Origin: an uncultured Kordiimonas sp. | GTDB taxonomy: Bacteria > Pseudomonadota > Alphaproteobacteria > Sphingomonadales > Kordiimonadaceae | Direction: 5' to 3' | DNA: 64,000 bases | NCBI GenBank assembly: GCA_947492375.1 | Contig: CANLMI010000002.1 | Coordinates: forward strand, 185,529 to 249,528 | The notes under the pieces: model-generated | What the model saw: the letters and a program-made list of their open reading frames with translations, nothing else | What the model was told of the DNA's origin: nothing | Databases searched by the model: none | Shown here: positions 21,801-32,039 of the stretch, piece by piece | Layout of the letters: every line of letters starts with the position of its first letter | Numbering within the stretch: the first letter of the stretch is position 1 | Position numbers and translations under genes: made by a program

Positions 21801-21932
21801 AAGCCGGAAAATATTATCAAGGACCTCTTTATTATTTGGATCTTGCTCCAATTTAACGAGCTCGACATCTACAACATCGATACTTTCGTTAGTCTCGGTC
21901 AGAAATTCGTTCAGTAAATCATCCATAATCAC
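18855..21932 (-). CDS. cheA: Hybrid chemotaxis histidine kinase CheA (Hpt, globin-like insert, dimerisation/HATPase, two CheW-like domains, REC)
   Basis: Hpt domain FRLVHTIKGTCGFLG, kinase core HMVRNSADHGIE...GRGVGMDVV, P5 at about aa 600-745, a second CheW-like segment at about aa 757-882, and a REC domain ILLVDDSDF...IVSDIEMPEMSG at about aa 902-1015. Confidence 0.9.
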   Translation of the reverse strand: MIMDDLLNEFLTETNESIDVVDVELVKLEQDPNNKEVLDNIFRLVHTIKGTCGFLGLPRLESVAHSSENVLGKFRDGELQVSEHAVTVILESLDRIKEILAGLEATEEEPVGDDSELIGRLDAIAEGGGAPEATSEPEVEEDTVDGEIIDPTLGRSLKPGEVSLEELEAAFANAPGPEEEAAAASEPVSVSSTSSEQPLFERIGGEDTIAVAAHMIANRLENTAGISSFFKDVNQEQRKAKFLGLMLSLFKDDVDTAENVARQIVTVTGFADKNFNELLDIIKASFEECQVDGDTIDEAVMSFELVRDAVLSSSKALAPTVKKASSDGAQAAKGAPEAKRSNQSIRVNVDLLEDLMNMVSELVLTRNQLLQIVRNMDNTELAVPLQRLSQCTTELQENVMKTRMQPIGNAWAKLPRIIRDLTVELDKKIELDMRGADTELDRQVLELIKDPLTHMVRNSADHGIEMPAVRIAAGKPEQGTIILNAFHEGGHIIMEIKDDGAGIPVEKLKGKILEKGLATDSEVAEMSDNQIQKFIFHPGFSTAEQITSVSGRGVGMDVVRSNIEKIGGTIDMVSIEGKGTTFQIKIPLTLAIVAGLIVKAKGERYAIPQISVLELVRANATSDNKIEKIKDTPVLRLRNRLLPLVYLNEVLGFDTPEDTDARENPDDFIVVAQVGAFSFGIVVDQVFDTEEIVVKPVAPILKELDIYSGNTILGDGSVIMILDPNGIAATANAAGGDHKEEEEELEVRKVEREESESMLVFSAGGNSPKAVPLSLVARLEEIDVENVEISDGRHMVQYRGALMPLVFADSEMTLCKEGRQQVLVFTDREYTMGLAVDEILDIVEEKLDIKLASNQPGIVGSAVIDGKASEVIDVAHYLSRAFSEWLKSRTVADDTTHAAGTSILLVDDSDFFRNMLKPVLAVEGYSVKVVSSVAEALDLMENGVMFDLIVSDIEMPEMSGFEFAENVKAGSRWENIPMVALSALASERDVNRGLQAGFSDYVAKFDKETLLRSLSQQLKIRGDAA

Positions 21933-22066
21933 AATCTCTTGGGAAAGCTTTTACCCGCACACCCTTAATAGTTATGCCCAACAATCAGTAGCTTGAGGAC
22001 TTTTCAAAACTGACTTTGGGCAAAAAGAGTTAAAAACGTGTAAAACTTTTCAGAAATCGTGATTAT

Positions 22067-22708
22067 TTATGCATTTATTTTTAGTTTGGCGCTGAGTGAC
22101 AGAATATTATCGCTTGGCTCATCAACAAGAACACTACCCCCGCGATCAAAAATAATACCTGAAGCAAGAAATGCAGGGGCCGTTCTGGGCTCTAATTCGC
22201 TTTCATCTAATTGTCCTGCCAGTGCTTTCTTTATAGAGTCTTGCAATATAATTTTATCGCCTGTCATTCTCAGTTCAATTGTCGCTTCGTCTTCTTCTAC
22301 GGTAAACTTCACTAACATTTCACCACCGCGAATAAGTGTTTCAGCGCCGACTAAACTCAGATTCAACAGCACTTTAACTGCCGCCTTGGGCGCTTGATAA
22401 ACATCAGTTTGCCATGAAAGCTCAATTCGGCTTCCCTCCACAAAGCTATGCAGTGCTTTTTCTGCTTCTTTCAAATCTAATTGTGCAGAAAACCCTCCAC
22501 CAGCGCCAAATGCCAATCGAAAGAACTGCAATTTGTTAGAGGTTTGCTGTGCTGATTTTTTCAACAAATCAACAACTTGCTCTCGCATATCAGCGTCATG
22601 TTCGTCTTCAAGTATCTCGATGCCGTTTGTTATAGCGCCAACAGGGCTCACCAAATCATGGCACAAGCGCGAACATAACAGAGCAGAAAAATCTATCTTA
22701 GACATCAT
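22067..22708 (-). CDS. chpT: Histidine phosphotransferase ChpT (CckA-ChpT-CtrA relay)
   Basis: LLCSRLCHDLVSPVGAITNGIEILEDE matches the ChpT DHp-like His box (LL.SR.CHDL.SP.GAI), and the size of about 210 aa fits. Confidence 0.8.
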   Translation of the reverse strand: MMSKIDFSALLCSRLCHDLVSPVGAITNGIEILEDEHDADMREQVVDLLKKSAQQTSNKLQFFRLAFGAGGGFSAQLDLKEAEKALHSFVEGSRIELSWQTDVYQAPKAAVKVLLNLSLVGAETLIRGGEMLVKFTVEEDEATIELRMTGDKIILQDSIKKALAGQLDESELEPRTAPAFLASGIIFDRGGSVLVDEPSDNILSLSAKLKINA

Positions 22709-22939
22709 TAATTCTCCAAATACCGATATCCGGCAATTATCAAAGCGGCAAGATCCTTAATTAATACAGACATGCTGGATTTGAGCTTGCAATTCATAGT
22801 AATATTAGAGAAACCATATCCAAGCTTTTGTCTATAGCCAAGTAAGAAGTCACCCAATATCATTATAGGCGGTAATTTTTCTATTATTTTTATGGGCTTA
22901 TCATTAGCACGATTATTAAATTTAAAATTGAGATCAACC

Positions 22940-23752
22940 ATGACTACCGATTTATCCAGTTTCGTCCCACCGTTAACTGCAACAGTTTTAGAAGCAGGCC
23001 AAAAAGTCATGGAGGTTTTTAAAAGTAATTTCGAAGTGTACGGAAAAGATGACCAATCACCTGTCACAGAAGCTGACAGGCAAGGTGAGATCATTATAAC
23101 CAAGGCGTTATTTGAATTAGCTCCAGATATTCCAATTGTGGGGGAGGAAGCAAAATCAGAAGGTAAATGCCCGGATATATCCGGCGGCACCTTCTGGCTT
23201 GTTGACCCCCTCGACGGCACCAAGGAATTTATCAAAAAAGGCAATGATTTCACCGTCAATATCGGGTTGATTGTTGATAACAAGCCAATACTTGGCTTTG
23301 TACTCGCCCCTGCCCTTAATCAGCTTTACTGGGGAATTGTTGGCCAAGGAGCCTGGATCGCTGATGTTAAAAATAATGCTATCACTAACATCAGGCCAAT
23401 CAGTACACGCAGTACATCAGAGGAAAGCCTTGTTATTGTCGCCAGTAAATCACATCGCTCCAAAGAACTTGAGGCTTGGCTCTCGCATTATCCCTCAGCA
23501 CAGCACACATCTATTGGCTCATCACTTAAATTTTGCCTTATCGCAAGAGGTGAAGCTGATCTATATCCTCGCCTTGGCCCTACGTGCGAATGGGACACAG
23601 CAGCTGCGCATGCTGTTCTTATAGCAGCGGGTGGCAGCGTCGATGCGCCAGATGGCACACCTTTAAAATACGGCAAAGACCCCAAAACATTTTTGAACCC
23701 ATACTTTATCTGCAAAGGTAACCCTGACACGGCGACACCATCAATCGCTTGA
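22940..23752 (+). CDS. cysQ: 3'(2'),5'-bisphosphate nucleotidase CysQ (inositol monophosphatase family)
   Basis: Motifs DQSPVTEAD and FWLVDPLDGTKEFI, plus a C-terminal WDTAAAHAVL. I chose the ATG at 22940 rather than the longer ORF start at 22892. Confidence 0.8.
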   Translation: MTTDLSSFVPPLTATVLEAGQKVMEVFKSNFEVYGKDDQSPVTEADRQGEIIITKALFELAPDIPIVGEEAKSEGKCPDISGGTFWLVDPLDGTKEFIKKGNDFTVNIGLIVDNKPILGFVLAPALNQLYWGIVGQGAWIADVKNNAITNIRPISTRSTSEESLVIVASKSHRSKELEAWLSHYPSAQHTSIGSSLKFCLIARGEADLYPRLGPTCEWDTAAAHAVLIAAGGSVDAPDGTPLKYGKDPKTFLNPYFICKGNPDTATPSIA

Positions 23753-23847
23753 ACGTGACAAAATTGCATAGTTTAGTTGCAGTATTTTTCCTCGCTGATT
23801 TCTTTCAACGGCGTTAAGCTTGCTTTCATATACAGGGGATCATAAGC

Positions 23848-24417
23848 ATGCTTTTATTCATCGCAGGATTAATCTTTTTCATCACACTTCATTTGGTACC
23901 AACAACAGGCGCCGCATTAAGAGCGCATCTCATACTTAAATACAGCAAAAAGAAATATGCTGCCGGCTTTGCCTTGTGCGCCATAATCAGCCTGGCAATG
24001 ATTATTTTTGGCTGGCGTTCAAGCGAACCTGGTTTTTTATATGCGCCGCCAGCATGGGGATACCATGTTACGCCGTTATTAGTTTTGATAGGGTTTATTC
24101 TATTTATATCCAGTAATGCGCCTACAAATATAAAGCGCATCATACGCCACCCTCAAATGACGGGAATTTTCCTGTGGGGTGCTGGTCACCTTTTTGCAAA
24201 CGGCGAACTAAGGTCAGTTCTTTTATTCGGCGGATTTTGTTTATGGGCCTTTTTGTCAATCATCAGTGCAAATAAACGCGACGGTGAATGGACCAAACCG
24301 GCAAAACAATCAATCACAAAAGACATTATTACTATTGGGATAGCCCTTGCTTTATATGTAGGTTTTATTGCCATTCACGAGTGGCTGATCGGTGTTAGCC
24401 CTTTGCCGGTTTCATAA
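23848..24417 (+). CDS. NnrU-family membrane protein
   Basis: 189 aa with about 5 TM segments. Both the organisation and the RHPQMTG...LWGAGHL motif are typical of NnrU. Confidence 0.7.
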   Translation: MLLFIAGLIFFITLHLVPTTGAALRAHLILKYSKKKYAAGFALCAIISLAMIIFGWRSSEPGFLYAPPAWGYHVTPLLVLIGFILFISSNAPTNIKRIIRHPQMTGIFLWGAGHLFANGELRSVLLFGGFCLWAFLSIISANKRDGEWTKPAKQSITKDIITIGIALALYVGFIAIHEWLIGVSPLPVS

Positions 24418-24451
24418 GGGCTAAGCTACCCTCTAATATGAACATATAAAT

Positions 24452-24486
24452 AAAAAAGGCAGCTAAAAATTTCGCTGCCTTTTATT
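24452..24486. terminator. Bidirectional rho-independent terminator between convergent nnrU and tolB
   Basis: Stem AGGCAGC/GCTGCCT with an A-run before it and TTTATT after it. Confidence 0.75.
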
Positions 24487-24492
24487 CATAAA

Positions 24493-25860
24493 TTATCTTC
24501 TACCGCGCGTCGTTACAGGTAATGGCGGTGACCATGCAGGGTCAGACGCATTAAACGGTGTTGCCACCAAACGTTCATTCCTGCCTGTTAAGTCAACCGA
24601 CCACAGATTTGCCTTACCGCCCGTTCCGTTATTGTTATATGGGGTTGTTCTAAAGAACATTAAAACCCGACCATTCGGCGACCATGTTGGCCCTTCGTCC
24701 TGATAGGCATTTGTTAAAAGGCGTTCGCCTCGGCCATCAGGGCGCATCACACCAATTCTGAATTTACGATCACCGATTTTTGTAAAAGCGATCAAATCAC
24801 CGCGCGGCGACCAAACAGGTGTTGCATAACGCCCCTTACCAAACGAGATCCGGCGTACATTACTACCGTCGGCATCCATAACATATAATTGTTGACTGCC
24901 GCCTCTATCTGAATTGAAAACAATCTGCCTTCCATCGGGCGAATAAGATGCAGAGGTATCGATACCCGGATGATCTGTCAGGCGCGAAATCTTTCGGGTT
25001 CTAAGGTCCATCACATAAATATCGGAGTTACCATTTTCCGCCAAAGTCATAATCACCTTATTACCGTCAGGTGAAAACCTCGGTGCAAACGTCATATTCG
25101 GGAAATCCCCCAAAACTTCGGATTTATTCGAAAGAATATTAAACAGATATACGCGTGGCTTATTATTGAAATAACTTAAATACGTAATTTCCTGGCGGTT
25201 TGGCGAAAAACGCGGCGTTAAAACCAAATAATCACCACTGGTTAAAAACTGCTGATTAGCACCATCCTGATCCATAATAGCAAGGCGTTTCACACGGTCC
25301 AATGCCTCGCCAGATTCTGCAATATATACAATACGCGTATCAAAATATCCTTCTTCACCCGTTAGGCGAGTGTAGATACGATCAGATATAACATGAGCAA
25401 TACGGCGCCAGTTTGTTACAGGTGTTGTATAACCAACCCCTTCCATTTGCACCTCTGCCACCACGTCCCATAGACGGAATTCAACTCGTAAATTACCATT
25501 CTGAAGCATTTCAAGGCGGCCTGTGACCAACCCTTGCGCCCCCAAAGGGCGCCACGCAGGAAAACGAGGCGGTGCATTCGCTGCCGTAATTTTCTCAATG
25601 AATGCGGCTTCATCGATTGTACGAAAAAGGCCCGTAGAAATAAGATTACTCGATATAACCTGACTGATATTATAACCAATATCTGACAAACGCCCGGTTG
25701 ATGTTTCAACATCAACAACAGGGGCAAATTCCGGTACTGCAATCGGAACAGGATCAACCGTACCTCTTGTAATATCGACCTTTAATTGCGCTTGTAAGGA
25801 TACGGAAAAGCCCACCAACACTGTTACAAACACAAGGATATACGAAGCAATTTTTTGCAT
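24493..25860 (-). CDS. tolB: Tol-Pal system periplasmic beta-propeller protein TolB
   Basis: Signal peptide, N-terminal TolB domain, and repeated PD40 motifs (P.FSPDG, P.WSP.G). Confidence 0.95.
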   Translation of the reverse strand: MQKIASYILVFVTVLVGFSVSLQAQLKVDITRGTVDPVPIAVPEFAPVVDVETSTGRLSDIGYNISQVISSNLISTGLFRTIDEAAFIEKITAANAPPRFPAWRPLGAQGLVTGRLEMLQNGNLRVEFRLWDVVAEVQMEGVGYTTPVTNWRRIAHVISDRIYTRLTGEEGYFDTRIVYIAESGEALDRVKRLAIMDQDGANQQFLTSGDYLVLTPRFSPNRQEITYLSYFNNKPRVYLFNILSNKSEVLGDFPNMTFAPRFSPDGNKVIMTLAENGNSDIYVMDLRTRKISRLTDHPGIDTSASYSPDGRQIVFNSDRGGSQQLYVMDADGSNVRRISFGKGRYATPVWSPRGDLIAFTKIGDRKFRIGVMRPDGRGERLLTNAYQDEGPTWSPNGRVLMFFRTTPYNNNGTGGKANLWSVDLTGRNERLVATPFNASDPAWSPPLPVTTRGRR

Positions 25861-25884
25861 AAAACTATCGCCTATAATAATTCA

Positions 25885-26736
25885 TTAGCCGCCAGAAAAC
25901 TCTTTTCCGGAGAATGTAAATTCAACACTATCTTCGCCAAGCTCATATAACTTGGTTGCCTCAGCTTCGTAAGGCCCACACCTTAACACTGCGCGTTTTG
26001 CACTTTCTGCAAACGTTCGAAGCGTAATATCACGGTCAAGACTACCAACGTCTACATATTTCGGTGAGCGAGATAAAGTGCCATCACGCCGCAATGAGAT
26101 CAAGATTGTAACGCTTAGGTTTTCAACTCCCTTAGCTCCGACAGGGAAGTTCCAACATCCAGCAAGCTTCTGACTAAGGGCATCACGTAGTGAAGCGGCA
26201 CCAATTTTACCGCGCCTGATCCCTGCTAAAAAGTCTGGTTTCTTCTCAGTAACTTTTTTCTCAACCGGTTTTTCCTCCGGTATCGCCGCTGTTTCTTTCT
26301 TAATCGCCTTATCGATAACCGAACTTAAGTTTCTAAATTTGCTTGGGGCCTTTGGTTTACGCTTAGGTCGTATCTTGTTAGCAAGTTGCTGGCGCTCTGA
26401 TAGTTCAGGTTTCTTCTTAGGGGCTGGTTCGCGCTTTTTGGGCGGCGCGGGCTTTGGAGTGGGCAATGGCACACTCTCAGCAGTCTCTTCAGGCACATAT
26501 TCTTCGCGTGCAGCCGTTGTTGGCTCAGGATCAGGCTGTACAGGTTCCGGCTCAGGTGCCGTCACTGTTGTTTCATCAGCAATTTGAGTAAATTCAATAT
26601 CAATAACAGGCGGCGGTTTTGGGTCATCTTTATGAAAAGAGAATGATGGCAAACCAAGTACAACAGCAACAACCACACCTAAATGGAGTGCTCCTGAAAA
26701 AAACCAACCTATCCGCTCGCCACTCACGTTGCTCAA
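25885..26736 (-). CDS. tolA: Cell envelope integrity protein TolA
   Basis: A single N-terminal TM segment, a P/E/K-rich spacer and a C-terminal TolA/TonB-like domain. It lies between tolR and tolB. Confidence 0.7.
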   Translation of the reverse strand: MSNVSGERIGWFFSGALHLGVVVAVVLGLPSFSFHKDDPKPPPVIDIEFTQIADETTVTAPEPEPVQPDPEPTTAAREEYVPEETAESVPLPTPKPAPPKKREPAPKKKPELSERQQLANKIRPKRKPKAPSKFRNLSSVIDKAIKKETAAIPEEKPVEKKVTEKKPDFLAGIRRGKIGAASLRDALSQKLAGCWNFPVGAKGVENLSVTILISLRRDGTLSRSPKYVDVGSLDRDITLRTFAESAKRAVLRCGPYEAEATKLYELGEDSVEFTFSGKEFSGG

Positions 26737-26750
26737 ACCTTTATTCCAAC

Positions 26751-27185
26751 CTATCGCTGTTCTGCAACTAACGCCACTTTAGTAAACCCTGACGCATTAA
26801 TAGCACCAATTACTTCCATCACCCGACCATAATCTAGTTTAGTATCGCCGCGAACATAAATACGCACATCCTTATTATTGTCTGATATTGCCGTTAAGCG
26901 AGGTCCTAGATCAGTCAAGCTTATCTGACTGTCGACAATAAATATGGCGCCTTCATGGTCAACGGTAACCTCCAAAGGTTTACTGTCCTGCGGTAATGGC
27001 TTGGTTTGTGCCTTTGGCAATTCAACCTGAACACCAGCAGTCAAAAGAGGCGCTGCCACCATAAAGACGATCAAAAGCACCAACATAACATCAACAAATG
27101 GCGTAACGTTTATTTCGGCAAGCGGTTGATAACGGCCGCCTCGGCTGCCGCGTTTACCGCCCATGTTTGAAACTGAAGCACCCAT
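26751..27185 (-). CDS. tolR: Tol-Pal system protein TolR (ExbD family)
   Basis: EINVTPFVDVMLVLLIVFMV is the ExbD/TolR signature, and the protein is 144 aa. Confidence 0.9.
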   Translation of the reverse strand: MGASVSNMGGKRGSRGGRYQPLAEINVTPFVDVMLVLLIVFMVAAPLLTAGVQVELPKAQTKPLPQDSKPLEVTVDHEGAIFIVDSQISLTDLGPRLTAISDNNKDVRIYVRGDTKLDYGRVMEVIGAINASGFTKVALVAEQR

Positions 27186-27186
27186 T

Positions 27187-27918
27187 TTAGTGCCCCTGTT
27201 CGTCTAGTTGACGAGACAATATAGCCGCAAACTCATCAGCAAAACCCTCTACTCTACTGGCATAACGCCCCATATCAGTCGCTAATTTATTGTAGGCAAT
27301 AACAGCAGGGATGGCGGCCACAAGGCCAAGTGCGGTAGCAAGAAGCGCTTCTGCAATACCTGGTGCCACGGTCGCGAGTGACGTATCAGAGGCGACAGCA
27401 ATAGAGGTAAAACTATTCATAATACCCCAAACAGTACCGAACAAACCAACAAAAGGTGCAGCAGAACCAATAGTCGCCAGATATCCAACCTGACCTTCAA
27501 GACGGTCCATTTCACGGCCCGAGGTTACATGCATCACTTTATGGATGCGGTCCTGAATGGTAACTTTGTCAATTCCTGAACCTGTTCGGTTCCCGAGGCT
27601 GCGTTGCCACTCACGCATGGCAGCCACAAATACGGCAGCAAGCGGATGGTCTGGTGCTTGTTTAATTCGACTATATAATTCATCCAGTGAATTTCCGGAC
27701 CAGAAAACATCTTCGAAATAATCGGCTTTTGCACGCGCTGATTTCAGGCGGCCCCATGTATTGAAAATGATCGACCAACCCCAAATACTGGCAGTAATTA
27801 ACATGATCATGACGAATTGAACGACTATATCAGCCTGCATAAACATACCAACGATCGAAAAATCGACCTGAGTATTTCCGCCTAGTTGTATCGCTTCAAC
27901 AGCATCAGTTTGCATCAT
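27187..27918 (-). CDS. tolQ: Tol-Pal system protein TolQ (MotA/ExbB family)
   Basis: Three TM segments, the channel motif LATIGSAAPFVGLFGTVWGIM, and operon context. Confidence 0.9.
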   Translation of the reverse strand: MMQTDAVEAIQLGGNTQVDFSIVGMFMQADIVVQFVMIMLITASIWGWSIIFNTWGRLKSARAKADYFEDVFWSGNSLDELYSRIKQAPDHPLAAVFVAAMREWQRSLGNRTGSGIDKVTIQDRIHKVMHVTSGREMDRLEGQVGYLATIGSAAPFVGLFGTVWGIMNSFTSIAVASDTSLATVAPGIAEALLATALGLVAAIPAVIAYNKLATDMGRYASRVEGFADEFAAILSRQLDEQGH

Positions 27919-27940
27919 GTATCCTCACTCTATTGCGGAC

Positions 27941-28408
27941 CTAAAGAGCCGCAGCTTCATTCATCCAATCTAACCAGCACTCGCGCGCTTCAGTCGGCCA
28001 CCGCTGCGGCCGACCAGCTTTATCAACAATTGCAACGATCAAATCAGCGCTTGCAATACGCTCACCGTCACGTTCAATCCATTGCTCAATCTCAATCGCA
28101 GCAGCCCGAACCTTTTTAACCGTTGAATACCCAATCAAAATATCGCCAACCTTCGCCTGCGCATGATAGCTTACTGCTATCTTACTGACTACATAAGTGA
28201 GTGGGCCGCCCTCAGCTTCCGGAATATCAAAAAGCGCATTTACATCTGCTGCCGAACCACGAATACTTTCTGAGCGAACACGCTCGAAAAAGCTGACATA
28301 GCGGGCATGATATACCATGCCACCCACATCCGTATCTTCGTAATACACGCGGATCGGGAAAGCAAAAATACCGTTCTTACGTTCACCACAAGCAGGTAAA
28401 AGCGTCAT
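27941..28408 (-). CDS. ybgC: Tol-Pal-associated acyl-CoA thioesterase YbgC (4HBT hotdog)
   Basis: [17 protein letters not shown] motif. Its start overlaps the ruvB stop, and it lies directly upstream of tolQ. Confidence 0.85.
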   Translation of the reverse strand: MTLLPACGERKNGIFAFPIRVYYEDTDVGGMVYHARYVSFFERVRSESIRGSAADVNALFDIPEAEGGPLTYVVSKIAVSYHAQAKVGDILIGYSTVKKVRAAAIEIEQWIERDGERIASADLIVAIVDKAGRPQRWPTEARECWLDWMNEAAAL

Positions 28409-29454
28409 TTATTACCCCCCATCAAATCAAGCTGGCCACCAGCATCCTTACCTGCCGGTGGATTAAGACCGATATGCTTCCATGCGTCAGGGGTAAGCAC
28501 ACGACCGCGCGGTGTACGCGCTACCATACCAATCTGCATCAGATATGGCTCAATAATATCTTCAATCGCATCGCGTGGCTCTGATAATGCCGCCGCTAAT
28601 GTTTCAATACCCACTGGACCACCTGAATATGTTTCACCAATACAAGACAAATAACGCCTGTCCATTGTGTCAAGACCAAGGCAATCAACCTGTAATTTTG
28701 TAAGTGCTGCGTCTGCGGCTACCGCGTCCACCTTTTCACGGCCAGCAACGAGCGCGAAATCACGAACCCTGCGAAGCAACCTTCCTGCAATACGCGGTGT
28801 ACCGCGCGAACGTGCCGCAACTTCCCTTGCGCCGTCATCGGTCATGCCAAGGTCAAGTAACCGGGCACCGCGCCTGACAACCTCAGTTAATTCCTCAGTC
28901 GTATAAAACTCAAGCCGTGTCGGAATACCGAAGCGGTCGCGAAGAGGCTTAGTAATAAGGCCCGAGCGTGTTGTCGCGCCAACAAGTGTAAACTGCGGCA
29001 AATCAATTTTGACAGACCGAGCAGCAGGCCCTTCCCCAATGATTAGATCAAGCTGAAAATCTTCCATTGCCGGGTAAAGAACTTCTTCAACAGCAGGGTT
29101 TAGGCGGTGAATTTCATCGATAAACAAAACATCGCGTTCTTGCAGGTTGGTGAGTAGCGCTGCCAAGTCACCAGCTTTGGCAATAACAGGCCCCGAAGTT
29201 GCTCGAAAGCTTACCCCAAGTTCGCGTGCAACAATCTGGGCCAAGGTTGTTTTACCCAGTCCCGGAGGGCCAAAGAAAAGAACATGATCCATCGCCTCTG
29301 CGCGCGTACGCGCTGCCTCAATAAAAACAGAAAGGTTTTCTCGTGCCTGCTCTTGCCCGATAAATTCATCCAGTGACTGAGGACGAAGGCCAGAATCGAT
29401 AACATCACCTGAAAGCTCAGAGCGATCTGTAATATTTTCTTGCCCTTCGCTCAT
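28405..29454 (-). CDS. ruvB: Holliday junction branch migration helicase RuvB
   Basis: Motifs [12 protein letters not shown], Walker [19 protein letters not shown] and GATTRSG. Confidence 0.97.
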   Translation of the reverse strand: MSEGQENITDRSELSGDVIDSGLRPQSLDEFIGQEQARENLSVFIEAARTRAEAMDHVLFFGPPGLGKTTLAQIVARELGVSFRATSGPVIAKAGDLAALLTNLQERDVLFIDEIHRLNPAVEEVLYPAMEDFQLDLIIGEGPAARSVKIDLPQFTLVGATTRSGLITKPLRDRFGIPTRLEFYTTEELTEVVRRGARLLDLGMTDDGAREVAARSRGTPRIAGRLLRRVRDFALVAGREKVDAVAADAALTKLQVDCLGLDTMDRRYLSCIGETYSGGPVGIETLAAALSEPRDAIEDIIEPYLMQIGMVARTPRGRVLTPDAWKHIGLNPPAGKDAGGQLDLMGGNK

Positions 29455-30080
29455 ACGCTACTGAGTTCCTTTAGCGCCATAGGCACGATAGAGGCAACAG
29501 ATGCGCCTTCACCAATTTCGTTCGCAGCCCGTACCGCGGCGCCGTGGGCATCAGTAGGCCGGTAGCCCAGATTAACAAGGGCAGAAACAGCATCTTCAAT
29601 TTCAGCGTTTCCATTATTTTCAGATTGGGCCGCTTTAGGGGCGTTCGGCACTTGTACGCCTTTCGGCTGTAACGCAAGACCCGTTACTTTATCTTTTAAT
29701 TCATTTACGATGCGCCCAGCCAGCTTTGGCCCAACACCGTTTGCCCTGCTAACGGCAGTCTTGTCCTGAGCGGCAATTGCATTTTGAAGATCGCCGGGCT
29801 CAAGCACAGAAAGGATAGCAAGGCCAACCTTTGCACCAACCCCCTGTACAGATGTCAACAATCTGAACATATCGCGTTCAACTGTATCGCCAAATCCAAA
29901 AAGCGTAATCGCATCTTCGCGCACGACCGTCTCGATATGAAGTCCGTGCGCTTCGCCAATAGAAGGCAGGTTACCAAGCGTTCTAGAAGAAGCACTCACC
30001 AAATAGCCAACACCTCCGACATCCATGATAACCCAGTCATCGCCGTAACTATCAACAAGTCCTTTAAGTTTCGCGATCAT
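29451..30080 (-). CDS. ruvA: Holliday junction DNA-binding protein RuvA
   Basis: MIAKLKG...GVGY N-terminus and HhH motifs ([27 protein letters not shown]). Confidence 0.95.
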   Translation of the reverse strand: MIAKLKGLVDSYGDDWVIMDVGGVGYLVSASSRTLGNLPSIGEAHGLHIETVVREDAITLFGFGDTVERDMFRLLTSVQGVGAKVGLAILSVLEPGDLQNAIAAQDKTAVSRANGVGPKLAGRIVNELKDKVTGLALQPKGVQVPNAPKAAQSENNGNAEIEDAVSALVNLGYRPTDAHGAAVRAANEIGEGASVASIVPMALKELSSV

Positions 30081-30580
30081 AGATGCACCCCTCCAACACC
30101 AATTTTATCTGCCGTTGCCATATGATGCGCGTGGCATATCGCAACAGCCAGTGCATCAGCTGCATCAGGGCCATTTATTGCAACACCGGGCAATAATACC
30201 TGCACCATAGCGTCCACCTGTTTTTTATCAGCATGCCCAACGCCAACAACAGATTTTTTTACATGGTTTGGTGTATATTCAGCGACAGCAAGGCCAGCAT
30301 TTGCAGGAACGAACAATGCCATACCACGCGCCTGACCAAGCTTTAATGTGGACGTGGGGTTTTTATTCACGAATGTCTCTTCAACTGCACACGAACGTGG
30401 CCGCCATTCATTTATGACCTCAACCAATCCGTCATGAAGCTCGACAAGTCTTTCTGCCAAGCTTCGTTTTGCGTTGGATTTTACAACACCATTTGCGACA
30501 TGACGAAGATGGGTGCCCTGACTGTCAACAATGCCCCAGCCAGTTTTCTGTAATCCCGGATCAAGTCCCAAAAGTCGCAT
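30077..30580 (-). CDS. ruvC: Holliday junction resolvase RuvC
   Basis: [17 protein letters not shown]-terminus, with [12 protein letters not shown] near the C-terminus. Confidence 0.95.
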   Translation of the reverse strand: MRLLGLDPGLQKTGWGIVDSQGTHLRHVANGVVKSNAKRSLAERLVELHDGLVEVINEWRPRSCAVEETFVNKNPTSTLKLGQARGMALFVPANAGLAVAEYTPNHVKKSVVGVGHADKKQVDAMVQVLLPGVAINGPDAADALAVAICHAHHMATADKIGVGGVHL

Positions 30581-30634
30581 AGATGATCCCTGTTAGATCA
30601 TTAATCCCGAACAAAAAGCTTCGGGATATGATTA

Positions 30635-31384
30635 TTACTCAGCAAGCGCTTCCATAACATCCACCGGGATATCATAGTTTCCAAACACCACCTGAACATC
30701 GTCGTTATCTTCAAGGGCATCAATCAGGCGAATTAATTTTTCTGCGCCTTCCTGATCAAGAACCATTGGCTCTTTTGGCTTAAAAATCAGCTTTGCGCTG
30801 TCAGGGTCTTTGCCTAACTCAGCGGTTAATGTAGAAACGACAGCGTGCAAATCACCAGATTCAGTGTAGATTGTATGACTTTCCTCATCGCTTTCAACTT
30901 CATCTGCACCCGCTTCGAGTGCCGCTTCAAACATACTGTCTGCGTCGGCTACATCACCGGCAAAAACAATTTCACCGACACGGTCAAACATAAAACCAAC
31001 AGAGCCACTCTCGCCCAAGTTACCACCGGATTTATTGAATATCGTGCGAACATCCGATGCAGTACGATTGCGGTTATCGGTCAGCGCCTCAACTATCACA
31101 CCAACACCGCCAGGGCCATATCCTTCATAGCGCATTTCGTCATATGTTTCCGCATCACCACCTGATGCCTTTGCAATAGCCCGCTGGATATTATCTTTCG
31201 GCATAGACTGTGCCCGCGCGGTTGCAACCGCGAGCCTGAGGCGCGGGTTACTATCCATATCTTCGCCGCCCATTTTAGCAGCTACGGTAATTTCCCGGCT
31301 AAACTTGGAAAACATTTTAGAGCGCTTCGCATCCTGTGCGCCCTTACGGTACATAATATTCTTAAACTTAGAGTGGCCTGCCAT
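30635..31384 (-). CDS. yebC: YebC/PmpR-family DNA-binding transcriptional regulator
   Basis: [21 protein letters not shown] is the YebC N-terminus. I chose the ATG at 31384 rather than the extended ORF start at 31531. Confidence 0.95.
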   Translation of the reverse strand: MAGHSKFKNIMYRKGAQDAKRSKMFSKFSREITVAAKMGGEDMDSNPRLRLAVATARAQSMPKDNIQRAIAKASGGDAETYDEMRYEGYGPGGVGVIVEALTDNRNRTASDVRTIFNKSGGNLGESGSVGFMFDRVGEIVFAGDVADADSMFEAALEAGADEVESDEESHTIYTESGDLHAVVSTLTAELGKDPDSAKLIFKPKEPMVLDQEGAEKLIRLIDALEDNDDVQVVFGNYDIPVDVMEALAE

Positions 31385-31595
31385 TATATCCCTCTTATGG
31401 TATTGCCAATTTGTACTATTATTAGTGCAAAGTATGATTTGAATAACCTGCCGCTCCACTATTTCGCGAAAATGCAGATATATTTTGTCCCTTCTTAGCA
31501 GATTTATTGGCCTTGAACAGGGGGTATTCACAGTCTATGTTCATATCCAAGTGATTTAATCATAATTAACGTAAAAATTATACGGGCCAACAACA

Positions 31596-32039
31596 ATGTT
31601 ACAGGAATTTTCAGGCGGGTGTTACTGCGGAAATATTACGATTATTTTCAGTACCAAACAAATACCAAAAAACATATCCCCCAATCAATGCGACTGTGGA
31701 TTTTGTTCCCGAAACGGCGCCGAATGGGTTTCTGACCCGGATGGCCGAATTGATATCGCAGTAATGAATGAAGCCGCTCTATCCCTTTATGAACAAGGTA
31801 GCCAATTAGCTCGGTTCTGGATTTGTCAGCGCTGCGGCACCACTACGGCTGTTACAGCAGAAATCAATGGCAAACTACACGGAGCTATAAACGCGAATTG
31901 CCTTGAAGGTTCTGAACAATTTGGCAAAGGGCAAATAAATTCAAACAAAGCACTTAGCGATTTTGAAAAACGTATAAAATGGGAAGAAACCTGGACAGCA
32001 AAAACAGTTGTAAAGGAAGCGTGGGATGTCGGACTGTAG
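31596..32039 (+). CDS. GFA/CENP-V-family protein (Cys-rich zinc domain)
   Basis: Cysteine pattern GGCYCG...CDCGFC...CQRCG, as in glutathione-dependent formaldehyde-activating-like domains. Confidence 0.65.
   Translation: MLQEFSGGCYCGNITIIFSTKQIPKNISPNQCDCGFCSRNGAEWVSDPDGRIDIAVMNEAALSLYEQGSQLARFWICQRCGTTTAVTAEINGKLHGAINANCLEGSEQFGKGQINSNKALSDFEKRIKWEETWTAKTVVKEAWDVGL

Noticed and set aside
22030-22044. A possible CtrA box upstream of cheA (TTAA-AAACGTG-TAAA)
   Set aside because: Only one half-site is exact, and a single near-match is expected by chance in AT-rich intergenic DNA. It is not enough to call a binding site.
22708-23283. A 191-aa minus-strand ORF abutting the chpT start
   Set aside because: It runs antisense across the cysQ 5' half, where the inositol-monophosphatase motifs lie on the plus strand, and has no recognisable motifs. 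I treat 22709-22939 as a divergent intergenic region instead.
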